Shown here in pieces: positions 25,494 through 37,204 of a stretch of 64,000 nucleotides of DNA. This stretch comes from the human T2T-CHM13v2.0 reference genome, Homo sapiens. The position numbers were made by a program, and so were the translations under genes. Within the stretch, counting starts at the first letter, position 1. Each line of letters starts with the position of its first letter. Location of the stretch: NCBI RefSeq assembly GCF_009914755.1, contig NC_060927.1; one strand, written 5' to 3'. Below the pieces are notes generated by a model. That model ran no database searches. It was not told the origin of the DNA and saw only the letters and a list, made by a program, of their open reading frames with translations.

Positions 25494-25539
<46 letters not shown>
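25494..25539. repeat. (TG)n microsatellite, ~23 units
   Basis: direct reading. Confidence 0.97.
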
Positions 25540-25540
<1 letters not shown>

Positions 25541-27457
25541 TTCTAGCTAGGATATAAAAGAAATGATATAGATTTTATTGAATCCTTTTATTTAAAAATT
25601 CTTACCATGTATTTTTATTGACCTTAGTATTACAATGAAAAGCCTTGTTTATTGATATTAGCCTATGCATCATAGTGAAAATATTGATCATAAGATTTTT
25701 AATTATGCTAAAGTAAGGATATTTTGTGAAAACTCTGAAATTATATAGAAATATTGGTGTATGTATATAATTTTTTTTTTTTTTTGGTTAATGCTCAGTA
25801 GCTTTTATCAGATTCTCAAAGGGGTCTGTGTTTCCCAAATGTTAAGAACCAAAGCCACAATACACTTTTGCTCTGTATTATATTTTACAATTATTACTGA
25901 GAAAGAAGAATTTTCAGAGAAAATGCCAAATGAATAAGCCAAAATATCTTTTTTGTTCTTTAAATTTACACTACACAGAAATGCAAGCTCTCTTGATGTT
26001 GACCCTACAAGGGCATTTCTATTTGTATCTGAATAGATTTATATCCAAATTTGGAGAGAAGCCCATGTTCCATTACCATGCAAACCACAACATGCTTGAG
26101 ATTGCTAATTAGGGGACAAATTGTGGTGGTATTTCTGGTGACCTGGACATGTGTTCAATAGAAACAGAAATGAGCCCCTCAACTCATTTCACGTAGGCCA
26201 GAAAACATCTGCCAGATGGTTATAGCTTTCAGTAACTATTAAACAGGATCACATTTGAACAAATGACTTAGATATATAGTGTTTGAGAGCTTACTCTAAA
26301 ATTTCTAACATATCCATAGAGATTAGTCTTAATGAAAAACTACATTAATCTACCTCATACATTGTAACTAGCCTAAAATGAATAATTCCTTCTCATTTTA
26401 GCCAAAATCAAACTAAAAATGCCTTTATACATTTTTGTATAATGCTGACAAAACATCTGGGAGATTTATTGATGTAAGGGTATCTATTAGGACATCAAAA
26501 TTAATTTCAATTCCCTGAGGTATCTCATTTTAATTAACAAATCCGTGATCCTGTTCTATTAATTAGCATGTTGAAGGAATAAGTTTGAGATGAATTTAAT
26601 TCTAACAAAGCATTTATCTTCTATAATAATAAAAAGGACATTAACAATCTCAGTCTAATTTGTTTTATACTTTTAATAACAGTCTTGAAATTCCATTCAG
26701 AAAAGCAATATAAGTAATATCTATTATTTTTAATTTAAAGCTTTATTTTGGGTGTGCATACTTTTTAAAACCATCATTATTAGGGGCACCATAGTTCTAA
26801 CATTATACATTTTAAATATTACTAATGTGAATACAAGTTCATTAAGCATGTTATATTATTAAATTCTCAATTGTGTATAACCTATATATTTATTTCACTC
26901 TGAGATAGTTTTTTTTTTTGATGTGCCACTGAGTATGACAGAAAACAGGTAGAATCTATGAATAATTCCCTGGTCTGACCAAACATTTAATTTCTGCATA
27001 CTTATATATTTTATCCTAGATTACTGTTATTGGTATGTCCTTGTATTTGTCTTAAATACAGCTAAAACATTTTAGGCAGTAACATAATAACAAATTAAAT
27101 TAATAGTGCATCTGATAGCATATTGAAAGTTCTAATATAATGGAAAATATTGAACAATTTCAAATAACTTTGTCTTATGTCAAGCCACAAACAATGGCTT
27201 CAGATGGTATTAGAGTATTAGAGGAACTGGGCTATATAAACCTAAATGGCATAATTCTGAAACTACTCATTGAACTTTTCCATTCTCATATCTGTTTTGT
27301 TGCCAGTAGGATGCCTTTAAATAAAAAGGCATCATAGAGTTGCTCTCAAAAAAAAACCTCTGATATTCAATTAATATACAATACAAAAAATCAAGATTTT
27401 TATATGGTTTCAATTTTTGACTCTGTCATAGTTATAACCTATACTGTATGTTGTCAC

Positions 27458-28000
27458 AGTTAAAGAGACTGATAACAAATATTTTAGGTTTTGTGGGCCA
27501 GCCAAGAGGCAAAATCAAGAATGTTTTATGGGTCTTTTTGTAACAAATGGGAAAATAGGTTTCTACAAATCTTATTTATGAAATTATAAAACATAAAAAT
27601 TGGAGATAATTTTGGGGAATCCAAGGCTACTAATTAGGAAGATGGGATTATCTTTTAGAAATACTATGTCATTTAATTGGGGTTCAAAATTAGAGTTTTC
27701 TATGATCAAATTAAATTGCAAGTGTTCAACTGTTAATGCTGATCTGTAATGAGATTTTCTATATTTAATCTTTGAAAATATCTTCACACAGACAGGTACT
27801 GCCAAATACTGATATTAACTCAACAGCATATAGAAAGCACTTAAAGAATTATGATATATTCTTCTCTAGATACTGCCTTTTAGTATGTCACCGCATTTCA
27901 GATTATTTACTTAAAATTGAAGGTTAGATAGAACCTCCTTCCATTTTAAAATATGGAAATATCCCTTGAACTTAGAATGCAAGTCAGGATATTCAGCTTT
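27458..28000. mobile_element. hAT-Charlie DNA transposon relic (MER58/Cheshire-related)
   Basis: aaatattttaggttttgtgggcca...gaggcaaaatcaag...ttaattggggttcaaa...aatgctgatctgtaatgagatttt. Confidence 0.65.
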
Positions 28001-28137
28001 TATTTCTTATCCAAATTCACGAAATTAATGATGATTGTATCCACGAGAGCCAATGAGGATCACTGTTGACACTATTGGTAGTGGCTTACCTAATATAAAA
28101 CCTTTTATTCTCGTTGTGTTTATTGACAGTAAGTCAC

Positions 28138-28515
28138 TGAGTTAGTTCGGGTCCTCTAAGAAGCAGACACTAAGATAGAATTTGACATGCAAGAAATGTA
28201 TTGGGGAAAATATTTGTAAGGGACAAGTGTAAAAGAGCTGGAGGAGATGGGGAATTCTTTGGACAATACACAATGCTGTTCTGACCCACATGAATAAAAG
28301 AAGAAATGAGTGTCTGCAGTGTAGTTTGTAAAAAGTTTTGGTCAAGCCAATGGGGAGCCCTTGAGCCAAAGCCACCCATCAGAGGCATTTCTGCTGTGCT
28401 CAAGTGTGGCCTCAGCATAATAATGTTGGCAGATTTGGGTGCAACAGTTATGGCTGTCAGTCAATTACAGTCCCTTTAGCAAGAGGTCTGAGTGGTACAT
28501 TTTCATGGCTGCCAT
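28138..28515 (-). mobile_element. LTR16B-like ERVL LTR
   Basis: gttagttcgggtcctctaagaagcagac...aaagttttggtcaagccaatggggagcccttgagccaaagcc...catggctgccata. Confidence 0.7.
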
Positions 28516-29686
28516 AGTCCACCATTTCCTCCAAATAGATTTACTTCTCCGCCCTGGTTTGGGAGAAGTTGCATCTTTGTTTCCAGGGGTCTTTCCTCCT
28601 ACAGCCCCAGTCACTGCAGGGGATCTTGGGCTGCAATTGGTGCTTACTTGTTTCTATCTACAAAATCCATTCTAAATCCCTGTGCTCAGCTATCACATCA
28701 GTAAATATTGATTGATTCCCTGGTGGTGTGATTCAAACTTTCATTCCTGAGGATCTGAATGCTTGATGAATATACCCTCCTCAGGCCTGGGTTGCTGCAT
28801 GTTCAATGGGCAAGGGAGTACCAGGAGGTGCTCATGTGAATAATTTGAGTTCCATGTGTTTCTCCTTGTCCCCATTGCAGAACAAACAAACTAATAAACA
28901 AACACACCCCTATCTTCACCTGTTGCTCAGGGTCAATTATTTTTGTTAGTACGTTGATTACTATTCTCATTATTTAGTCCCTGGATATAAGGAGCCTTGG
29001 AAGACATGGTGTTCTGGGGCAGTTGTAGCTTATAATTTAATAAGACCCTTGCTGTTTTACTAGGTAAGAGGATACTCTTTTTGGATTTCATGACCCCCAT
29101 TCCTGTACAGCCCAGTATTGTAGAGATGAGCAACACAAAATTCCCCAGTGAGTAATTGGGAGCGATGATAAGTAGGGTCACTGTTGTGTATGTCCTTTAG
29201 TTCTTGAATCCATGTATTTTTACTATTGAGGACAAAATACCATACCAAGTTCTCTGTTTTAATTCATATAAAACATACCAAAGAATGACATCTCATCTTT
29301 TCAGAGAATTACCTTTGGGCTGGTACTAAATCTCTGCCTTTAAAAAGTTGTTCCAGCCTTTGATAAAACCAGCTGCTTCTGGATGTTAGGTGTGTGATTT
29401 AACCTGTAGATTCCATGGTCATAGGCTCACTCTTATACCTCTGCTCTGTAGAACCCCTGCTCAGATGCTATGCTATGTGAAATTCTTGCTATGTGAAATT
29501 CTTGCTTTTAGATTAGAAATTCCATAAATTCTTATAAAGTGACTGATTGAAACGGTGTGGGTAAAAATGGCAAAATCAAACCTAGAACAGGCATATATCC
29601 CTCTAAGAGAAATGTACTGATGACCTTTCCAGTATGGGAGGGGCCAAGTGGTTGGTTGCTCTCCCCAACTAATAAGGACATATTGA

Positions 29687-30520
29687 TGTCAAGAACTGTG
29701 AAGGATCTGACATTTTACCTAATTTGTCAGTAATTAATTTGTCTGCCATCGTTTCATTGATTTTGGAAGAAAAAATGAGACTCTTGGATAGGAGACAATG
29801 TGCCAGTTAATACTTAAAGGAATAGCATTAGTCAGAGGATCATTTTTTAAAAATTAATATTATTTTCAACTGACAAATCATAATTGTATTACATTTATGG
29901 AGTACCATGTGATGTTTTGATACATGTATACAATGTGGAATGATTAAACTGAACTAATTAACATATCCATCATCTCATTTAAGATTTCTTGTGTTGATAT
30001 ATTTGAAATTTACTCTCTTAGCTATTTTGAAATATACAATATTTTACTACTGAGTATAGATACCCAACTGTGCAATAAATCTCAAAACTTATCCCTCCAG
30101 TATAGCAGAAACATTGCACCCTTTGACCAACAACTCCCCATTCCCTTGTTCACCACCTGAACCCCCAGCCTCTGGTAAATCTCGTCTTCTAAAAGTAATC
30201 ATCATTTTTGTTCTGGTTTCCCCAGCTCCAATTCCCAAAGAGGTTTGTGAAAAGGAATACATATGCAGTAAGCTAAACTAAGGGGCAATTTTAGGGAACA
30301 CAGATATTTTATATGACAAGTAACTTGCATTTTTTCCCTAGAGGGAGGAGTAATTATTTTACTAGTGAACAAACCTGCCCTTTCCTCCAATGAAAGACAA
30401 GATCTGTCTTTCAAGGTTATTTGCTATAAAAACACCCTTGAAAAGATGGTTCTGAAGAAAACCAGAGCCACTGCAGACATGCAGACATGTGAGAGACACA
30501 TGGAGAATTGTTTTTCAACA
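29687..30520. mobile_element. Solo LTR (MER90-like, family uncertain) nested in the ERVL internal region
   Basis: tgtcaagaactgtgaaggatctgacattttacc...gagagacacatggagaattgtttttcaaca; TG...CA ends. Confidence 0.7.
29843..30180 (-). mobile_element. L1MA/MB 3' fragment nested in the solo LTR
   Basis: ataattgtattacatttatggagtac...atttgaaatttactctcttagctattttgaaatatacaat...cccagcctctggtaa. Confidence 0.85.
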
Positions 30521-31775
30521 ATCAGGTGCACAATTGGTCTCTGTTGTTGAACGAGTTACACATTCAGAAACAGGAATAGCTTTGCAGAACTTGATAAGTG
30601 GACGTCCATGCTCATGGGTCCCTATGTAGTGTCCGTCTTTGCTATTATGACTATTACTTTAATGTACCCTCTGTGACAGATCTGGGGTTGTTGATGATGA
30701 CATACGCTAAAGTCAATTAGTCAAGTAATTTTGACTACTTGTTTTTCCAGTCCCTTTCCATGGTGTATGATTTGTGGTGGGCATTAAAGTTGCCACAAAA
30801 ATATACATACTTTCTGCCCACTCCATATAGCCAGACATGTAAATCTGCCCCATAACTTTTTGTCTCAGTCCTTTCCTTCTAGTTCCTTGACCAGAAGCCC
30901 AGGCCACTGGCTACTGCCAAGGAATCTGTTTATATTCTCTCCACCAGAAGTGGACTCTGTGTCACTTCTTCACAAAATAGATGAACAGGAATACTGCTTG
31001 CAGCTCAGCATGTTGGAAAGTTTTCCATCTGTAATATCTTCAAGGCTGCACCTGAATATGACTGCAATGTAGTACATGTTCATTTTATGTTGATATCCTA
31101 AGCTAACCCATTAATAAACCAAATCCCAGCTTTTTTCTCCTCCTTCAGCTGGTCATATGCCACCACACTGTGCAGCCATAGTGTACTTATGGAGATATAC
31201 ACAGATACTGTGGACAATGAAATTAGCCACAGTAGCTACTGAAGATTAGTAGGAAGATAAATAAAAGACTTGGGTCTCAGCCAAATCATATCAGAGGTTC
31301 TGAAAAACTAAATAATTTTTAGCGGTCTAATTGACCACAAAATGATTTTAGATTTATATCTTTGTATACATATAGAAATTACTCTGCATATTTCTTAAAC
31401 AGCTTATAACTTATATAGAACTTTTGATATGCTCTAAATATATTAGATAAATATATGTATTTGGATTAGGCAATATATTATAATATCAAAGTTTATTTTG
31501 AGCTTTTATTCTTGGAAACCTATTTTGAAGTATCTTACAAACTTTGTGTATATCAATCTGCTCTCCTAGGAAATGATTTCAAATTGTAGGCTTCAGGATA
31601 AGCAAAAAACATACTTCAAAAATAAAAATTATCTTCCTACCAGACAACTGCTTTTGCAATTCGTGCAATAGCCACCTTCCTGGTCCTCTTTTCTTCAGTT
31701 CACACAGACCTAGGCAAAATTACACCATGTCAGTTTTCTGCTTGGAACTCTTCAATGGCTTATGGATGCCCTTGG

Positions 31776-32076
31776 ACCATCATTCTCAGCAAACTATCGC
31801 AAGGACAAAAAACCAAACACCACATGTTCCCACTCATAGGTGGGAATTGAGCAATGAGAACACATGGACACAGGACAGGGAACATCACACAACGGGGCTT
31901 GTTGTGGGGTGGGGGGGGTGGGGTGAGGGGGGAGGGATAGCATTAGGAGATATACCTAATGCTAAAAGACAAGTTAATGGGTGCAGCACACCAACATGCA
32001 CATGTATACATATGTAACAAACCTGCACATTGTGCACATGTAACCTAAAACTTAAAGTATAATAAATAAAAAAAAA
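31776..32076 (+). mobile_element. 5'-truncated L1PA (PA3-5-like)
   Basis: catcattctcagcaaactatcgcaagg...gggatagcattaggagatatacctaatgc...aacttaaagtataataataaaaaa. Confidence 0.95.
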
Positions 32077-32319
32077 GACGTGGAAAAAAAAATGTCAAAA
32101 CTTTTTACTGACCTTCTAAGCCTTATAAGTTTTGTTCCATTCTTAGCTCCCAGGCTCATCTTCCTCCCTTCTCCAAGTTTCTGTCTTAACTCCAACAACT
32201 ATTGGTAATGGCAAAAACTGGAAATAACCAAATATACATCAACAAGGAATAATTTGAATTAATTATGGTATATCCACACAATGGAGTTCTATGGAAAACT
32301 TCACCACTTTGTCTGTATG

Positions 32320-33190
32320 TGTGTGTGTATATATATAATATTTGTATATATAATATGCTATATATAATATATGTATATATAACATGCTGTATATAATATA
32401 TGTATATATAATATGCTATATATAATATATGCATATATTATATACTTATATATACTATATATTATATCAAGTACATATATGTATATTACATATGTATATA
32501 TAACATACTATATATTTATATTATATATACATATATTATATATGTACATAAAACATACTATATATGTATATATCATCTATGATATGTGTATATATCATCT
32601 ATGATATGTGTATATATCATCTATGATATGTGTATATATCATCTATGATATGTGTATATATCATCTATGATATGTGTATATATCATCTATGATATGTGTA
32701 TATATCATCTATGATATGTGTATATATCATCTATGATATGTGTATATATCATATACGATATATATTCTACATATACTATATATGTATAAATTGTATATTA
32801 TATATACATATATAACATACTTTGTATGTATAAATTGTATATTATACATACATAATAACATACTATATATGTATAAATTGTATATTATATATACATATAT
32901 AATATACTATATATGTATAAATTGTATATTATATATACATATAATATACTATATATGTATAAATTGTATATTATATATACATATATAATATATATTTAAT
33001 AATATATACATATTTAATTATATATACATATATAATATACAATATATGAATATATTATATATACACATATAATATACAATATATGAATATATTATGTATA
33101 CACATATAATATACAATATATGAATATATTATATATACACACATATGGATATGCATTATGTGTGTAAATATTATATGTCATATATATTAT
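32320..33190. repeat. Compound AT-rich minisatellite/low-complexity array including (ctatgatatgtgtatatatcat)x8 at 32577-32752
   Basis: direct reading; flanked by old L1M pieces (~32200-32300 and ~33200-33480). Confidence 0.95.
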
Positions 33191-35399
33191 GAGTGTGTAT
33201 TCAAATGCAACCACAAAATAATAGTTACCTATAGGAGAAGAGGAAACAGAGTGCAGGAGCAGGACAGAAGGGACAGGATATCAGCTAGATGTCATTGAAT
33301 ATATTTTGTTTTGTAGATTTGGCTTTTCAATCATCTACTTGTTTCCATGACTGTAACACTAATTTAAATTTAAAAGATTCAATGCTGAAAAGCCAAACTC
33401 AAAATACAATAAGTCTAACTAAATATTATTGGTTGCATAACCACACAGAAAATAGAAAAGTTATTCTATTCCTGATGACTTAGACTCTCCTTGAATTCAT
33501 TTATTTTATAATAGGTCAAACTTCTTTTTGCTTTCTGCTGGATCCTTTTTGCAAACATTTCATGTCCCGCTACTTGGGGACCTCCCTGGGTCAATGTGGC
33601 TTATAAGGAGTATACATACACATGCTTGCCCATCTCACACCCATCATTCATATATCAAGATGCCTCCTGTTGCATTTTTAATTTTCACACATTTCCAGTT
33701 GAGAATCAGGCACTGACTCTAGCAACCCATGAACTGCCAGAATCTGAGATCAAGTTTTCCAAGTGATAGGGTTGAAGCTCTCTTGTTGTTTTGAGGTGAC
33801 TAGGAAGCACATTTCCCCCCTTTCTATAGAGCTGGAAAATAGCAGGGGTCTCTGACAATTCTCTCCAAAAACCTGTTCTCTCAAAGTCATCCAAGAATCA
33901 CTCTCCCCTCTGCCTCTTATACAGCCTTGTGGTAGGTGGTGGGCTAAGGTGTCTGACTATTTTAGGGTCATCATTTAGCAAGTCCAACACAGCTTCTCTG
34001 ATCTCTCTTTTAAACATGGAAAGAAGTATCCTCTTTTGTTCTCAGCTTTGGAGTTTCAACTGATAGTAAAGGTGCAGGAATTGCAGGCCTGATGGTTGAA
34101 CAGCTCTGGACAAATTTCGACAGCCATCACAGCAGACTAGACCACAGACCTTTGGTAAACTACCAGACTGCCAGCATTTGACCACTCAGCCACCTTTAAG
34201 AATAAGCATCCAAAAGAGTACTTCATGCATTTGAATGGTGATAAAGCCAGATGTTCTCCTTATGTAAAAGAACCAATGAAAGGTAATACAGATTTGAGCA
34301 GAATGACATGGAGACTTTCCTTATTGTACGTGAAACACACATCCTAGAGTTAACAGAGTAGAGAGAGATGGAAAATGCCTGATCGTCAATTTAACTATTG
34401 ATGGGAAATACATAATGTCTATAACTTAAAAAAGTCAAGACTTTATATACCCTTGTGGTATGTATGAAAAAGCACATAAATTAAAAATGCAAAGTAAATT
34501 ACAACAAAATGGTAAAAAATTAAAAATCACTCTCACTGGGGATTAGAAAATAGGAGTTCTTTGATAATTCAGCAGAGTAAGTAATTTAATTTGTAGAATA
34601 AGCATCCTTCTCTTTTTAAAATAATTTGTATAGCATTTTTTCTTTTGTGAAGTGATCAGCATCATCTTGATCTTAAATTTGCATAATGAAATAAATCTAA
34701 AACAACTGAAAAAAATGTAATTAGAATATGAATCTGCTCTAAGTGTAATCATGACTGTGATAAGTAAATATTTGATTTAAAAACTTTAATTAACTATTTT
34801 TGAGGCAAATATTATGTGAAGAAATAGTAGATGCAATGGAAGAATAAAAAAAATTAAAACAGCATGACCAGTGTTCATTACATGCAAATGTCTGAACCTG
34901 TTGGACCTCAAACCCTGTATACAATGCCCCTCAAAATGCATGTTTACCTCAAGTGGGCTCTTTATTATCTTTAAATGCACTGTTAGAAACTAGCCTTATT
35001 CGACACAGTCTAGGGTAAGGCACAAGAAAGTTTAACTAGAATAGGTAATTGATTTTATGTCTAAATTATCAGAAAGTACATAATGTATGTATACGCTATG
35101 TATCAAAAAATACATAGTGTACACATATACCAGAGCTAAGAATATTTGCTACTTTGAAAGTGAAATATTTTCTTCATGTTCATTTTTTCAAAGGGATGTG
35201 GATTTTAGCTATGTCTATATTATAAAAAAGTATGCTCAGGAGTTGAAGGTAACTTTTTGTTGCGGAAAAAAACAAACCCTCAAAAGACTTCAAAGGGAAG
35301 TCTTTTTAAAACGAAACAAAAACATATTGACTCAGAGTTGGGATGGTAAATATTAGGTATGAATGTTAAGTAATTTAGGTTGGATGGTGTATTTATTCA

Positions 35400-35945
35400 G
35401 TGAGGGAGTTGAGATTGTGGTTGACTTCCCAACATCTGTGCATTCCTCACATACATGTAGGTGTCATGCGACTTACCAAATTGTCCCCAAATCCAAGAGG
35501 AGATACTTGAGGGTTCCCAGGAAATCCTGAAATTCCTGCTCCTCTTGTCAGTTTTCAGAAACTTAGGTATATGGCAGCCAGTGCATTGCATTCCCCTGGT
35601 GACATTACTGGGCATATAACCAAATTGGCCAAGTTAGTCCAATAGAATGAAATTTTGGTGTGTTGTTAGGGCAGAGGTGTTTTCTTTCTCTTGAACTAGT
35701 TAGGAACAAGAAAATATGTGGCTTTGGTTGGTGCTGGTAACTATCTTAAAGCCATGCGGCTTGAAACTGCCTTAAACTGAAGCTGCTAATGGCAGAATGG
35801 TGACACCAAAAGAGCTGGTACTTAATGACAGAGTAGAACAGACAGATTATTCAACCCTAGACTATCTAATATATAGGCCCCAAATTTCCTTTTTGTTTAG
35901 GCCATTTTGAACTGACTTCTGTGTAAAATGTAGCTGAAATTATCC
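35400..35945 (+). mobile_element. Old MLT1-type MaLR LTR
   Basis: gggcatataaccaaattggcc...tgctggtaactatctt...aaatttcctttttgtttaggccattttgaactg...tatcctaaca. Confidence 0.55.
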
Positions 35946-36212
35946 TAACAGATCTATAATTAGGGCAAAAGTTCGGATCCCTGATATGTAAGTGTCCAAG
36001 AACAGGTAGCTAATATTTATTACACTAAAATAAATACTTAAATTATTTTTTACTTACTTTTTTTTTGCTTTTTCTTTAGATACACTAATAAAGCATTTAG
36101 TTAAGTGCCTAGCACAATGTAAATGTGTGTTTAATAAAAAGTATCTATACAATTAAAAACAGAAACTATAAATATTCATAATTTTAAAATTAAGAGGAGA
36201 AATTTTCAGAAC

Positions 36213-36229
36213 AGAGCCACCTAGTGGGA
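36213..36229 (-). promoter_or_regulatory. CTCF motif candidate
   Basis: AGAGCCACCTAGTGGGA aligns to the reverse CTCF core AGCGCCCCCTGGTGGCC; an isolated GC-rich word in AT-rich DNA. Confidence 0.55.
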
Positions 36230-37161
36230 AGAAGAATGTGCTATGAGGACAAAAACATTTGTTTTGATATTTCAGAGAAGTTCTGTGGAATAAAATTAAA
36301 GATGCAAGTAATAACTATTTTTATAAGATATAAATAGTATAAAATACTTTGCTAGTAACTTGTCATTAACATTTCATCTTTTACAGTTAAATGGTAAATG
36401 AAATAATTTAATCCATAATTATTTCTATACCCATATATATTATTAGTAAAGGATGAGAATACCCATGTTTGTGTGTATGAGCTTCTTATTGCCAAGAAAC
36501 AAAATTCCCCTGTACAAAATTTTTACAGTCCTTTTCCCCCTCTTCTCTCTACAACAAGTCAGCAGGACACAACTTACTCCTTGGCTTTTTTACATCTCAG
36601 TCGTCCTGCGTGTAAATTACGGTTACTAATGATTCCTCAGATCACTGATCTACGGAACAACACTGATCAAGCATCCTAAAATTCTTGGTTAGCTGTAAAT
36701 TAAAAGAAAATTTCTAATGACACATTTTTTTCTTATGAAATAAATGTATTTTTAGAAATATTCTGTAACATCAGTGAAACAAGAAAATATATCTTTATTT
36801 TGTAAATATATATAGCAGTATTCTATCAAGTTTGAATTTCTGTACTATAACGGCTTCATCTGCCTTGGGGGTGCACAGGTTTTGGGATCTTGAGTACAAG
36901 TGGAATCAGTGTACAAAAATGTTTATGAATAACTCAGTATATTTTCTTTCATCTTTGCTCTGTAATATCAAATATATATATTTATACACACACACAAACA
37001 CACACATCTATATATATGACTATGATGTTCAGAGTAACCTGTTACTTGTTATGTGGTTAATCATTTTTCATGTCTAATTGATTTCCTTGAAATGCATATT
37101 TATTATTACGTCCTCTTGAACGTTAGTCATGCAAACTGTAATGTAGTCCTAATTTTATGTA

Positions 37162-37163
<2 letters not shown>

Positions 37164-37202
<39 letters not shown>
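37164..37202. repeat. (TG)n microsatellite
   Basis: direct reading. Confidence 0.97.

Positions 37203-37204
<2 letters not shown>

Larger units (their letters stand above)
28516..31230 (-). mobile_element. ERVL internal relic (ERV3-16A3_I-like) adjoining the LTR, interrupted by later insertions
   Basis: gtcccacc...agatttacttctcc directly after the LTR; pol-like antisense motifs (ccagctgcttctggatg, ctgcccataactttt...tccttgaccagaagcccaggccactggc). Confidence 0.65.

Noticed and set aside
32577-32752. CRISPR-like palindromic repeat array
   Set aside because: Units are head-to-tail with no unique spacers, there are no cas genes, and the context is eukaryotic.
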